Below are positions 1 through 13,079 of a DNA stretch of 64,000 nucleotides, piece by piece. The translations under genes were made by a program, and so were the position numbers. The stretch comes from Octopus sinensis (lineage: Eukaryota), in the NCBI RefSeq assembly GCF_006345805.1, contig NC_042998.1, positions 86,924,001-86,988,000 of the forward strand, in the 5' to 3' direction. Below the pieces are notes generated by a model. That model was given only the letters and a program-made list of their open reading frames with translations. It had not been told where the DNA came from and searched no databases. Each line of letters opens with the position of its first letter. The stretch's first letter is position 1.

Positions 1-866
1 TTGTGATCAGAGATGAAGGTCAAAATTCATTCATAGATGAGGTAAAATATTGCTAACAAGTTTTGTAACATTGACATTTAGGATGACTTTCCAAGTGAAT
101 TGTAATATTTGGAAGGAAGTATGAATTTATTGAGAAGCTGTTAATTAAAAATTGGAGAACAGATTTTTAAAATTTTAAACGGGCTCAAATATTTTATACA
201 CATTAGTACCTTTAAGCTGCAAAATGAGTGTGTTGTGTTGGGCCCCTCTTGGGTTGGGTAAACAAAAGGCTTGGACTGCTTACTGGCAATCTCACTTTAT
301 TTGTGCAGACTCTCAAGACATTGTATAACATTTGAATGATAGTGTTCAAGATATAGTGAAGTTCCAGAAATAGTAAGTCATACATTCAAGTAGTATGTCT
401 TGGTTGCAGCTAATGAGAATGCATTGACAAAATTTGAAACAGTATTATCATCCACGAGACATTAATATTTTAAAAGAATGTTTAAGCCTTTTGTTAACTT
501 ATTTCTTTTGAAATACAACGACCTTTGTTTCAATTAAGTTTGAAAATAACAAAGAATTCAGTAAAATAATTTTTTATCATTAAAGTGATGTTTAACATGA
601 AAGATTTCGTTTAGATTACTTTAAACAGGAAGTTTATATCATAGAACCAGGGACAGTCTCAGGTGGGTTGTTATTATTAGAGTTAAGAAGATTACAAAAT
701 ATTGAAACATTGTGTTGCCCCCAAATAAATTGTTTGGAAGATAGGTAAGTGTGACTAAATTGGCATTGGTAAACATGATGAACTTATGGATACAATAGTG
801 ATGATGGAAGTGTTTTTCAAACTATATAAAAATGGAAGAGAAGGTTGGGAAGACATTAGTAACAAT

Positions 867-899
<33 letters not shown>

Positions 900-1675
900 G
901 TCTAAAGTCAGTTTTCCATGCTAGCATGGGGTGGACGGTTTGACTGGGGTCTGGGAAGCCAGGAGGCTACACCAGGCTCCAGTCTGATCTGGCAGTGTTT
1001 CTACAGCTGGATGCTCTTCCTAACACCAACCACTCCATGAGTGTAGTGGGTGCTTTTTACGTGCCAGGCAAGGCTGGCAACGGCCATGATCAGTTGGTGC
1101 TTTTTACGTGCTACCGGCATGGAAGCCAGTCAAGGCCGCGCTGGCAACGGCTACGTTCAGATGGTGCTTTTTATTTGCCACTGGCACTGGTATCACAACT
1201 ACAATTTCCATTGATTTTTTGATCGATTTTGATTTCACTTGCCTCAACAGCTCTTCGCAAGCAGAGTTTTGTGTCCAAAGAAGGAAAGGTATGCATAAGT
1301 GGACTGGCTACATCCCAGGTAAAGGCCACGGGTTATGGTCTCATTTGTCCTGCCAGGTCTTCTCTGCCTTGGTGAGACCTAATGTTTGAAGGTCGTGCTT
1401 CACCACCTCGCCCCAGGTTTTCCTGGTCTACCTCTTCCACAAGTTCCTTCAACCGCTAGGGTGTGGCACGTTTTCACACACCTGTCTTCATCCATTCTCG
1501 CACACCACAACTGATGCTTCTTAGGTCCAACTTTTCTCTCAAGGTACTTACACTCTGTCGAGTATGAACACTGACATTACACATCCATCGGAGCATACTG
1601 GCTTCATTTCTTGCAAGCTTGTGCATATCCTCAGCAGTCACGGTCCATGTTTCACTGCCATGTAGCATGAATAGG
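867..1675 (-). mobile_element. 5'-truncated RTE-clade LINE: ORF2 C-terminus plus long 3' UTR and (GAT)n tail
   Basis: Minus frame LHGSETWTVTAEDMHKLARNEASMLRWMCNV is typical of the RTE ORF2 C-terminus. (CAT)n at 867-900. The same 3' UTR is attached to RTE coding sequence at 43659-44450. Confidence 0.85.
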
Positions 1676-1689
1676 CAAAAAAATTTTGT

Positions 1690-2060
1690 TGGAGTACCTT
1701 ATAGTAAATAGTGACTTTGAAATCCTACTAGACCACAATGCATGATTTTTTTGAATGGATATTCTGGTTAGGAAGCTGTTTTGGAGGATCCTCAAACAAA
1801 CACCATGATCTTTTTCTCACTATATTATTGTAAACAATCCAATTTTCATCTCCAGTTACCAGTTGCTTCAAGAAAGGCTTATTTCCATTGCATTTTAGAA
1901 GAATATCAGAGATACCAGTCTCTGCAGTTTTGTTCTGACAGTTTGTGAAGCACCCAAACGTAAAAGTATTCGTAAATGGTACTTTTGGAAACTTCCAACT
2001 TCTTTGCAAGACCTCTAGTCATACAATTCAAGTTTTCCACCACAGTTACTGTTATAATGT
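1690..2060 (-). mobile_element. Degenerate mariner transposase fragment
   Basis: FLKQLVTGDENWIVYNNIVRKRSW (first catalytic D motif) and an HTH-like TRGLAKKLEVSKST..WVLHKL in offset frames. Confidence 0.8.
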
Positions 2061-2104
2061 GGATCCTTGTCCACTTGTATGTTGCTATTGGCACTGTAAT
2101 ATTT

Positions 2105-3885
2105 TTGTTGCCACTATTATGTTGTGGTGGTATTCTGTGTCTTATTATCTTTTGACTTTGAAACATCTACCTTGACGATAACTCAAACATGTATATATCA
2201 TGTAACTGACACTGACTCCAACAAAGAACTTGTATAATAACTTTACTACTACTGACCTTCTAAAACGACTGACTGTCTGACCTCATAGTCTCTGTATCTT
2301 ACCACACCAGTTTATCACATGGCAAGGAGTGTACCATTTTCACTATGTCTCCCCTTTTAGTTTCTTTTTCTGTGGGAAGCAAGTAATTTTATTTTACTTT
2401 ATTCACCCCTCTTCTCTTTTTAACGTTTTTTTTTCAACTTAATACTTTTCTTTTTGGTATCTATTTGTAGGAACTCTGTGTTCTTCCTTTTCCTTCGAAT
2501 TGTATGCATAGGTTCAACCCCCTGTAACAGTGTTGGTACCTGGAATGTGTCATATATCCATTCCATAGGTTCTTCCAGGCTGTTTGATTCATTTTCTATG
2601 AATCTCTTCTTCAATTCATTTCTGTGTCTTTTTTCAATACCTTTTCTGCTTTTAATTCTGTACATCAGTTTTCCTATGTACTTTGTAATTTTTCTCGTAC
2701 TGTTTTCTGTTTTTATACGACCTCATGTTCCCCTTATCACCAATGTTGAAAAATTTTGATAGTGTCTATCCTGGCACTTTTTCTTTCCTTGCCAGGTAAC
2801 AGTTTATGAAAAACTGATTTCCCCTTCCTAGTGGACATCAGTTCTGCTGGTGAGCTTTTTGCTGGTGTATTGGGGTTTGGTGCCACCCTATATACCCTTA
2901 GGAATTGCTGCAAAGCAACTTTGTTTGTTACTTCCTTGTTTGCTTTTCTCAAAGCTCTTTTAAAAGTGTCGACAAATTGCTCTACCTGTCTATTTGAGCT
3001 GGGATGGTAAGACACTATCGTTTTATGTTCTTCCATGAACATTTCAATGAATTTTCTAAATTCACTGGACAAATTGTGTTCCATTATCAGATACAATTAC
3101 ATCTGGGATGCCAAATCTTGGGAATAATTCATGCAAAAAATTCATCATAATTGAGTCAGTTTGTCTTTTGCACTAAACAATTTCCAGCCATTTTGTAAAA
3201 TTGTCAACTACGACTAAGAAGTAATAACCCTTTAACAGACCCACAAAGTCGATATGTAGTCTTGACCAGGAACTTTTTACTTATGGCAAAGGCTCCCATT
3301 TTCTATAGGCAATTTTGCTGCCAGAATACATCCTCTGCAGTCTTTTACTACATTTTCAACTTCATCTTTGGCCAATACACATAGCTGCACATAAACAATT
3401 TTATCCTTGCGATTTCTGGATGTCCAATATGGAATTCTTTCAACATTCGCTTTTGTAGAATCTCAGGTATCACTACCTTTTAGCCATACATAAGTACCCC
3501 ATCACGTGTTGAATATATGATTACATCAAGTTTTTTTTTCTTACGAAACGATTTTTTGTTTTCTTTTGCTGACCATAAAGTTTTATTTTCATTAATGAAC
3601 TTGTCTTCTGATGCATATCGCTTTATCTCCTCCAGGGTTATTGATAACTATCGTACAGTGTTCCATATTATGTGTTTAATTTCCCCTTCAGCTCTTAGGG
3701 TTGCTATTGCTGTGTCTTTGAATGGTTTGCCATTTCTGGGTATTAACCAGGATAGACCTTCATCATGTCCTAGCATTTGCAAAGGTAAATATTCCATTGC
3801 ATAGTTGTAGTTTAGTGGTATGGTGACCCTTTGCTGCAACCAGTTTGCTGCATGCATTGGGATTCCTTTCTTGGATCCATAAATC
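2105..3885 (-). mobile_element. Ty3/Gypsy remnant: RNase H end, integrase, PPT and LTR
   Basis: ANWLQQRVTIPLNYNYAMEYLPLQMLGHDEGLSWL (RNase H end) and YHPSSNRQVEQFVDTFKRAL (integrase). Polypurine tract AAAAGGGGAGA at 2348-2358 (minus). LTR-like 2120-2347 resembles 10167-10355. Confidence 0.85.
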
Positions 3886-3889
3886 GAAA

Positions 3890-4809
3890 CCTGTGGAACT
3901 TTTTTATGCCACATATTTTGCAAAACCAACTTTTGCATGAAAATTCTTGTCAAACGACAAGGGAACTGGCAGAGAATATGGAATGCTCCTACACTGCTAT
4001 AGAGAAGCATCTTCATTCGATGGGAAAGTTTCAGAAGTATGGAGCATGGGTTCTGCATGCTCGAAGTGACAACAACAAAAATCAATTAGCCACAATCTCT
4101 GCTGGTTTGCTTGCTTGTCACCGCTCAACTCATGGACACAAGCAATGATTTCTTTACCGAATCATAACTGGTGATGAAAAACGGTGTCTGTACATCAATA
4201 TGAAGCTGCAGAAGGAATGGCTTAGCCCTGGTAAACAAGTAACATCACGTGTGAAACAAGATCTTCATCCGTGTAAAACGATGTTGTGCATATGGTGGGA
4301 CTGGGAAGAGATTATCCATTATGAATTGCTTGAACAGAACCAAATGGTTAATGTGGAACTCTATGTTCAGCAGATGGAATGACTCAACACTGCTATTTAA
4401 GACCTAATTGGCAGCATGGAGTTTTTCTACTGCACAACAACACCTGCCCTCATATCACCAATATGACCAAGGAAGCCATTCAAACGCATGGCTGGGAAGT
4501 GCTGCCACACCCACCATACTCTCCTGATTTAGCACCAATGGTTTTCCACCCCTTTCGATCTCTTTCAAATGCTATGCATAGAGTTTTGTTCAATACTGGG
4601 GCAGAATTAAAAGCTTAACTGGATCAATTTTTCGAGTTGAAATCAGGTGATTTCTGCCAGCGAGGTAGTGAAAATCTTGTTGAACGTTGGGAAGAAGTTG
4701 TAAACAACAAGCGTGAATACATTATTGATTAATTAGTTGTTATTTCTTATTAAAGCTTTTAAAAATTTAAATTTTAAAATACTGCGGAAACTTAGTTACC
4801 AACCCAATA
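3890..4809 (+). mobile_element. Degenerate mariner element, left end missing
   Basis: RIITGDEK, HPCKTMLCIWWDWEEIIHYELL and HPPYSPDLAP motifs with stops. Right TIR ...AACTTAGTTACCAACCCAATA ends at 4809. Confidence 0.9.
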
Positions 4810-4860
4810 CATTTATTGTTGGAAAACAAACATTTCCACTAAAATATTCTCTCTCTCACA

Positions 4861-4892
<32 letters not shown>

Positions 4893-4939
4893 ATGACATA
4901 TTTGTTTGTCTGTTCACTGCTTATTCTATTTCTCTTCAG

Positions 4940-4980
4940 ATATTCCAGGGAATTAAGAGCAGCTAAAACCACTAAAAAAC
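4940..4980 (+). CDS. Probable penultimate coding exon of an unidentified gene entering from upstream of the window
   Basis: Pyrimidine-rich acceptor TTCTATTTCTCTTCAG and consensus donor C|GTAAGT. Reads (x)YSRELRAAKTTKK and ends in phase 1, matching the exon at 6715. Confidence 0.6.
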
Positions 4981-5473
4981 GTAAGTTGTTTTAATGTCTG
5001 TGTCTTTGGTTTGGAATGGATGCAACGTCAACTTTTTGTCTGCAAAATTGACCTTTGAGATGTCCTGTATCTGTGGGATATAATTTTTAACTTACACTGG
5101 CCTTTATGTATTGTGTTTCAGCATTGAGAGAGAGAGAGAGACACTTGCTACTGTTTAGAATCATGAGGATGAAAAGCATAAAGTGTTCTAGGTTAAAAGG
5201 CGGTGTATTTGAATTTAATCAAAATGTTATTGAAGTGAATACATCTGGAATAACACTTCTATACTTACCCTCAGTTATAATGAAAGAAAATGACACAGAA
5301 CGCAAACACATCAGCATCGATTGTCAAGTGATGTTGGGGGGACAAACACAGATACACAAACACACACACATATGTTTTATTTCTATTCCTGAGCGCCATA
5401 CTAATACAATTATTTGTTTGTACTCCACCTACCTTCGTCTTTTGTTTATTTTCGTAAAGCTTCCTGTTATATA

Positions 5474-5508
<35 letters not shown>

Positions 5509-5555
5509 CTATATATATCTATAGAGAGAGAGAGAGAGAGACATATATACATATA

Positions 5556-5710
5556 TACGATGGGCTTCTTTCAGTTTCCATCTACTCACAAGGCTTTGGT
5601 CGGCCCTAGGCTATAGTAGAAGACACTTGCCCAAGATGCCACGCAGTGGGACTGAATCCAGAACCATGTGGTTGGTAAGCAAGCTACTTACCATGCAGCC
5701 ACTCCTGCAC
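5556..5710 (-). mobile_element. tRNA-derived SINE (family A)
   Basis: Minus head GCAGGAGTGGCTGCATGGTAAGTAGC...GGTTCTGGATTCAGTCCCAC with A/B-box-like motifs. Related copies at ~21420, 25325, 28400, 28890, 32350, 39213, 58620. Confidence 0.75.
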
Positions 5711-5984
5711 CTATAGTGATCAAGTGTTTGTGCTGCACATTAGCTCATACTCTGTGTCAAATTGATATTATCTGTGCAGGTGCACGGTGTGCCAAACATC
5801 AGGTGCTGAAGTGATTGCAGAGCAACATGAGCTGAACTGTTTTATTGAAGGATACAATGCACCACCCCCTCTGAGAATAGAACTCACAATCTTGCATTTG
5901 TGACTGCACCACAATAACTACAAGGTGACTTGCTTTCACACACACATATATACACACACAAGTGTATACTCACATAGCTAAATA

Positions 5985-6108
5985 CTAAGGTGGACATATA
6001 GATATAGTGAGAGACACACATTCTCCACTATAAAAACACACACGCATACACACAGACATACATGCACATACACATTCAATTATACATGGGCTACAAATAT
6101 ATAGATGG

Positions 6109-6140
<32 letters not shown>

Positions 6141-6390
6141 TTGATGGTGGTGATGGCACTGCTGATGTTGTTGGTGATCCTGGTTGTGGTGGTGCTGCCA
6201 ATCTGGTTCTGATGATGGTGATGCTGTTGTGATGCTGGTTGTAATGCTGATGTTGGTAATGGTGGTGGTGGTGATGATGGTAATGCTGCTACTAGTCCCA
6301 GTGATGGTGGTACTGATATTGGAGGTGATGGTGATAATGGTGGTGGAGGTTGTGGTCATGACAAGGGATGATAGCAGTGGTGGCATTTAA
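5985..6390. repeat. Low-complexity (GAT/GGT)n tract; overlapping ORFs are artefacts
   Basis: Imperfect trinucleotide repeats give poly-His/Thr/Val translations. Confidence 0.85.
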
Positions 6391-6566
6391 TTCCAAGTGA
6401 ACTCTAGTCAACCTTGCTAAGGATAAAAAACCATTCACCCTGGGTGAAATTGACCTGTCTTGATGAGCAGGTGGAATCTTTGGCAAGAAACAGAAATAAA
6501 ACAACTACAACAAAAATTTAGAAACCAACCAGACAGCACACCAGAACAAAAACAACAAAAAACCAT

Positions 6567-6621
<55 letters not shown>

Positions 6622-6714
6622 ATAGCAGGCATTCTTTTAATTGATTAACATTATTTTGTTTCTTGTATATTTGTATAAAAAAAACTTACATTTTTGTTTT
6701 TTGTATTATTTTAG

Positions 6715-6830
6715 TAAACCCTGCCTTTAATGATGATATTGGTGTTACGCATCCCCAAAATACTTATATTAAACTACAGAACCGTAACAAATTTGATGAT
6801 GATTCACCATATTCAAGTTGGACACTGTGA
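6715..6830 (+). CDS. Probable terminal coding exon of the same unidentified gene
   Basis: Acceptor TTTTTGTATTATTTTAG. Phase-1 join gives LNPAFNDDIGVTHPQNTYIKLQNRNKFDDDSPYSSWTL* (TGA 6828-6830). AATAAA follows at 6850 and 6860. Confidence 0.6.
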
Positions 6831-7363
6831 TTAAAGAATGTGATACAGAAATAAACAGAAATAAACATAAGTACTGGGCTTACAAAGAATAAGTCCTGGA
6901 TGGCTGCAGTCAAATGACTGAAACAAGTAAAAGAGTAAAAGAGAGTAAAGAGTATTACTTCTTTTGATAATTTAAATCATAATTTAGATGTTGAGCCACT
7001 GAAGTGTAATGAATTAAATGTTATATTTAGTTGTCAGTTTAAAAGGAAATAAAAAATAAATCTCATCAATAGTTGATGCTTTTGATTTTGAATGTTTTAT
7101 CAAACTTGAACACAGATTAGAAAAATATATTTTATATATATGTAAACTCCATTAACTAAATTTGAAACTTAAAACATTAGGATCAGTTTCCTACAATACA
7201 TTTATTATGTTAAATATTTGAGATAAAAGAATAGAGTAAATAGAAAGAAAAATGTTTTTATTTGTGAAGATATAATTTAGCTTAATAAAAACATTAATAA
7301 ACTGTAGAATATCTTTAACCAAGTTATACTCTAGTTTTTAATTACAAAACTATTTTACAAAAC

Positions 7364-7463
7364 NNNNNNNNNNNNNNNNNNNNNNNNNNNNNNNNNNNNN
7401 NNNNNNNNNNNNNNNNNNNNNNNNNNNNNNNNNNNNNNNNNNNNNNNNNNNNNNNNNNNNNNN
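7364..7463. other. Assembly gap (100 N, probably a placeholder of unknown size)
   Basis: Exactly 100 consecutive N. Confidence 0.99.
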
Positions 7464-9441
7464 ACTCTTAATATTTTTAGATTTTAGTTCGCATATAATA
7501 ATTATAAAATAATAAATATATAAAAATAAGTGTCTAAATTATAATCAACAAATATAGTAATAAAAATCTATAATTTTTCTATCAATGAACATATAAACAA
7601 AAATTAAATTAATCCATTATTACTTACATAAATATTATAGATATCTTTTGAAAATATTTATGAAATAAAAAATAATAATTGAAAAATTTCAAAGTAAAAA
7701 CGTATAACTTATCTTTATAAAATTCTTATTATTACTATTATTATTAAATGTAATAGTACTAGAAATATAATAAGAAACTTTTAGTTAAATTAAAACATTT
7801 TTACGATCTAGATCCCGAAGTGACTGATATTTTAAAATTTAGGTTCAAATATAATAATTGTAAAATAATAATAATTAAATAAATGTACATATCTAAATTA
7901 TCATTAACAAATTAAAAAAAATTATAAATTCATATTTAACAATCAATACTTATATAGAGTACAATAATATTTCTTAAATAAAAAGTGTACTTATCTCTCT
8001 AAAAGGCATATTATTAACTAAAAATTATCAAAATGAAAAACATCTTATTTAGCGTTTATAAATTACTCGTGAATTACGTTGCTTAAAGAAATAGAACAAA
8101 CAGATGGAAATATACATTTTATCAATGAAAACTACAAATATATTTTAGCTTTAACAGAAAAAGAGAATAAAATCACTATACACTATAATATCATTCACTT
8201 GAAAACTAAAATTTAGAATTAACTGCAATAAAATATACTCAAATCACCATATAATAAAATTAATTTATATAACTACAATTTACTGTATATTCTCTAATAC
8301 TCTTATACAAATTTATTTGTTTCATATATATAAATATGGTTACACTGGAGCCCAACCTTTATTCGAACAAAACAACTTTTAGACCCATTCTATATAAACT
8401 CAGTACTAATTCAATCAGTATCAATATTATAACCACTAATTTAATAAACTTAAGTTAATTTAAAAACTATAATGTAATTAATATTCATTAATAAATTATA
8501 TTAATTAATTAAATAAATCTAATTTGAAATATATAATACAAAGTCATGTTGACTAATATAAAAAAAAATTATTACAAATCATAAACTAGACCGTCATTTA
8601 TAACAAATATATATTATATATCAAATTAATATTCAAAACAAATCCTAACAAATAAATTAAACTTATTATGTAAGTAAAGTAATTTATATTTAGATCAAAT
8701 ACTTCACTCAATAATTGAATAAATAAAGTACATATTATTATTATAAATAAATAGTACATAAAGATAAAATTTTTACTACATATTCAAAATTATTTAACGT
8801 TACTAAAACTATTCCCCGCCACAAATACTTAATACTATTAATTTTAGTACACATATAATAATTATAATAATAATAATATCAACAACAACAATAACAACAA
8901 AATAATGAAATAACTATCTTTTAATCTATATTCATTTAATAAATTATATATTTAGTAATAAATAAACATCAAAATATAATCTAACTCTAAGTATGTAAAA
9001 ACACCTTTACTAACTCTTATTGACTTATATTCAAAACACCCTACAAAACTACAACCACAACATTACTATAATTAATTAATTAATTAATTTATTTATTTAA
9101 TAATAAATATTTAATTTAGACTTATTTAATCATGTAATAAGCAATATATAATCACATGCTAAATTATAGAATTACTACTAGTACAAATTATAACTACAAA
9201 TTAGAAACAAAAATAGGGTTTAAATATACTAGCTATTTATCTAAAAATTTATTATATAATTAAAGTATTTTGTGTCTACATTTAATTTTACACTCATCCA
9301 ATGAATTAACCAATTTATTATTATTATTAAATATTATTTCTTTAAATTCACTAGAGCATAATAAACAGGAATTACTACCTATACTATATGATTTCGCTTT
9401 GCAAACTATCTCCCACTTTAAATTATACTTAATTCATTGAG

Positions 9442-9484
<43 letters not shown>

Positions 9485-10166
9485 CATATTTTTTAGACCA
9501 GCAGTGCAAGGAACTGTGGTAAGAAGTTTGATTGAGTGTTAAGTTTGTAAATAATAAAATTTATAAAAAAGTATTTGTATATCCTAAAAATTGTGTAAAA
9601 ATAAATTTATTTAAAAAAGTAACTATGTATCCAATTATTATTATTCTTTTATTCATATATCACTGATAAATTAGTATACACAGCTACATGGAGTTTGTAG
9701 AAAAGGAAGACACAGAACGACTTTGAAGAAATTAGCAAAGGTTGACTTTAGAATTTTGGGCCTCATGGATGAGATAACTAGGAGCTGAAATGAATGGCAA
9801 AACACAGTACTCAGTAAAACCTGCCCAACTGAGGTTCTCGAGCACAATGTGTGTATACAACTGGATTCCTTACCAATATGTCATTGTCAAACCTTCCCTA
9901 TTCCCTCATCTCCCTACCCATCATTACTCTTCTGACAACTTCACTATTCAGTTGCTGTAATTAAATGAGAGTAGAACTACATAATTCATGATATCTTTCT
10001 GTTCTACCAGTTATCTGGAACCACTTATTTTGATATCTGCCCTCAGCCTTTAGATTGTTCCTCTTCACTCACATTTTCCATTGATCGCCCTTATTCTGTG
10101 TTCCTAGTCCCTTTCCAATAAATCATTTCTCACTGACCACCAACACTTCTGCCACTATACATCCAT

Positions 10167-11470
10167 TGTGGGGATAATAGTAATAATGGTATACCCCTTC
10201 CACATGACCAGTAGTATGCGCTAGTCAATGTCGGTCAGTATAGAGAGAGAGTACAAAGTAGAAGGTCTTAGATAGTTGTGTCTTTAGTGGTTTAACAACT
10301 GTGTTGCTATACCAAAGTGGCTGTTGTAACAATCAAACAATAAAGGATTACAACAGTGGCAACAAAGAATTAATAAACTGACAAAAGTTTCTTTTTTGTG
10401 TGAATTTTATGAGGAAAAATCATAAAATTATGGAAAATTTGTTAACTGGTTTGCTTGAGCTGCAAAAACAGCAATTGGAAGAACAACAACATCAATTACT
10501 ATTACAGCAACAAATGCTGCATTTAATGAATAGTAAGTTGTCAGGAAAGGCTGAAAAAATGCTCTTATCATATTATAATTGGGAACTCTATAACTGAGTT
10601 TAAGTGAAAACCAGACAAAGGAGCTACCTTCAAGGCTTATTATAGAAGATATGAACAAATCTTCAATAAAGAGTGCAAAGATTGGACAATGATATGAAGA
10701 CGCGTTTAATTTTAGGAAAACTGGTAGCAGGAGAACATGAGCACTACAGCAATTACGTACTCCCGAAAAACTCTTCTGACAGAAACTTTAAAGATACAAT
10801 AAACATATTGTGTAAAACTTTTAGTGAGAATACAAGATGGAAATGTTTGAACCGAGAAAAGAACAATGAAGGAGACTATATCACACATGCTGGTAGAGTT
10901 AACAGGAAATGTGAAAAGTTTAAGTTGGATGAATTAACGTCAGATATGTTCAAGTGCCTGACATTTACTCAGAGACTAACTGCAGAGAAAGATGCTGAAG
11001 TAAGGACAAAAATTCTCGCTAAGCTGGAACAAAACCAAGCTGTAACCTTACAAATAGTGTTGGAAAAGTGTGAAACAATAGTAAATTTAAGACACGACAG
11101 AGAAAATTGAACATAAAGATGGCTCCCAAGTGAAACAAGTGTGAAATAGGCAGAATAGAAATCAAGTGTGTACAAGAATACAATACAAACAGAACAAGAA
11201 ATAGGAAACATGTTTTGCATGTTGAGGTCTACACCTGAGAAAAACTGCCCATTTAAGAAAGTGGAATGTTTTCACTGTGGAAAAATTGGACGCATACAAA
11301 TGCACTGTAAAACCAACCAAGATGACAAAACATTGGAACAAAGGAAAGAGGATAAAATGAGAAGCAACCAAGATCATTGGAGATATTTTGTACTTGAGAA
11401 GACCTGGCAAGCCAAGTAAGATTGTAGCCGTGGCCAATGCCAGTGTTGATAACAGGCCCATTTAGAAGTA
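10167..11470 (+). mobile_element. Ty3/Gypsy 5' portion: LTR, PBS and degenerate gag
   Basis: TG...CA LTR 10167-10355 with AATAAA, then PBS-like TGGCAACAAAG. Broken gag frames include the degenerate zinc knuckle CFHCGKIGRIQMHC. Confidence 0.8.
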
Positions 11471-11945
11471 CCCTTTAATCACTGGGCAATATGCTGTGCT
11501 TGAGAAGACTTGTTGAATCAAGTGAAATTGCTGTCATGGCCGATGCCAGTTCTACCTGACTGGCACCTGTGCTGATAGCACATAAAAAGCACCATTTGAG
11601 CGTGGCCAGTATCAGTGCCAGTGGCACATAAAAAGTACTATTTGAACGTGGTTGATGCCAGTGCCACCTGACTGGCTCTCATGCCGGTGGCATGTAAAAA
11701 GCACCATTCAAGTGTGGTCAATGCAAATTCTACCTGACTGGCCCCCATGGTGGTGGCACATAAAAAGCACTCACTACACTCTCAGAGTGGTTGACATTAG
11801 GAAAGGTATCCATCTGTAGAGACCTTGCCAAATCAGATTGGAGTCTGGTGCAGCCTCCTGGCTTGCTAGTCTTCAGTCAAACAGTTCAACCCATGCCAGC
11901 ATGGAAAGTGGACGTTAAACAATGATGATGATGATAATGATGATG
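11470..11945 (+). mobile_element. RTE LINE 3' UTR copy with internal tandem modules and (GAT)n tail
   Basis: Repeated GGCAC(A/G)TAAAAAGCACC modules, then the family 3' end ...GGACGTTAAACAATGATGATG. Confidence 0.8.
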
Positions 11946-11949
11946 AGTA

Positions 11950-12315
11950 CCCTTCGACGAAATCTGGTCCTGGGTCCTTCCAATTTGGCATTTTCCCTAA
12001 CACTTTACTCATTAATGCACTAGTTAATATGAGAGCTGGCTTCTCACTGACTACTTCTACCCTCACTTTCTTTAGCCATACTACATCTCCATTATGATTG
12101 ACTGGTTTATCCCAAATATTACTCCAGAACTTTCAAGCTTCCTCTTCATTAAGTTTCCCATCTTCAATACTTCATTGTCCACTATTTATTTTGTCATAAA
12201 ATCTCTGGTCTATCTCAAATAATCTATTCTGTAGAATTTTCTGTTGGCTACAGGTAGTAAGCCTGCTACACATGCAAGTCTCCAGGAGCTCCAACAAAAC
12301 CTGTGATAAAGAGAA

Positions 12316-12348
<33 letters not shown>

Positions 12349-13030
12349 TTTCATTTCTCGCATGCTCAGTATCACCTGATATCCTTCTTTTTATAGCTTT
12401 TAGCTCCAATTATTAACCATCCATTCTTTTGTATTGCTCTTTCTTGGTCACATAATTTCTGTTAAGTAATTTCAAACAGTTCTATTGCCTTCTGTTCATT
12501 GTGCATTCATTATCTGTACCATTTCACTGGGATGCCATTCACATCCACTGGGGTGCTTCGGTAGTAACACTCCATAACCATCATGTTTACTTGTTTATTC
12601 CACTTATGAATTGTAGCATGGCTAGCAGCTGCTGGATTGCAATCAGGCTCACCCTGCTGCACAGTGGGGCACCTACCGGGTGCAGCAACCTCATCATTGG
12701 TTCCAGTCCTGTTCACACTTTTATTGTCATCTATTTTGCTTGGCATTTTCACTCACAAACGAGGTGTGTTTTTAGGTTACTACCGACCGATATTTTTATT
12801 GAGACACCATCAAGGTAGTCCGCCAAGGTTGCAGAGTCCTTGCACCCCTGGTTTTGAACTCAGAGTGTTCCTTTTCCTAGGCTGCTTACCATCGAACGCT
12901 AATGAGTACAGCTTGCCCAGAGCACTGGTTATTTAAAGGTGCTAAATACTCGCCTTTTCCTACTCTTCTTCTGTTAGTTTGGCAAAGGAGTCAGGCTTGA
13001 CTGTCAGAGGACAGGTCTTGCGCTCCCCTC
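11950..13030 (-). mobile_element. 5' portion (UTR and ORF N-terminus) of an R4/Dong-like RLE LINE, interrupted by (AAT)n
   Basis: HKWNKQVNMMVMECYYRS and KMPNWKDPGPD motifs typical of the R4/Dong ORF N-terminus and pre-RT region. Confidence 0.65.
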
Positions 13031-13079
13031 AATACTCTGGCATTGACAGAAGAAAAAAAATAATAAAATAAATGAAGTC

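Noticed and set aside
309-372. Exon-like segment with AG acceptor and GTAAGT donor
   Set aside because: All three frames contain stops, and it does not join productively to the 4940 exon.
7021-9445. Mitochondrial insertion (NUMT) call
   Set aside because: The composition is mtDNA-like, but I found no convincing rRNA, tRNA or protein motif. Open frames of 40-45 codons are expected by chance at this length.
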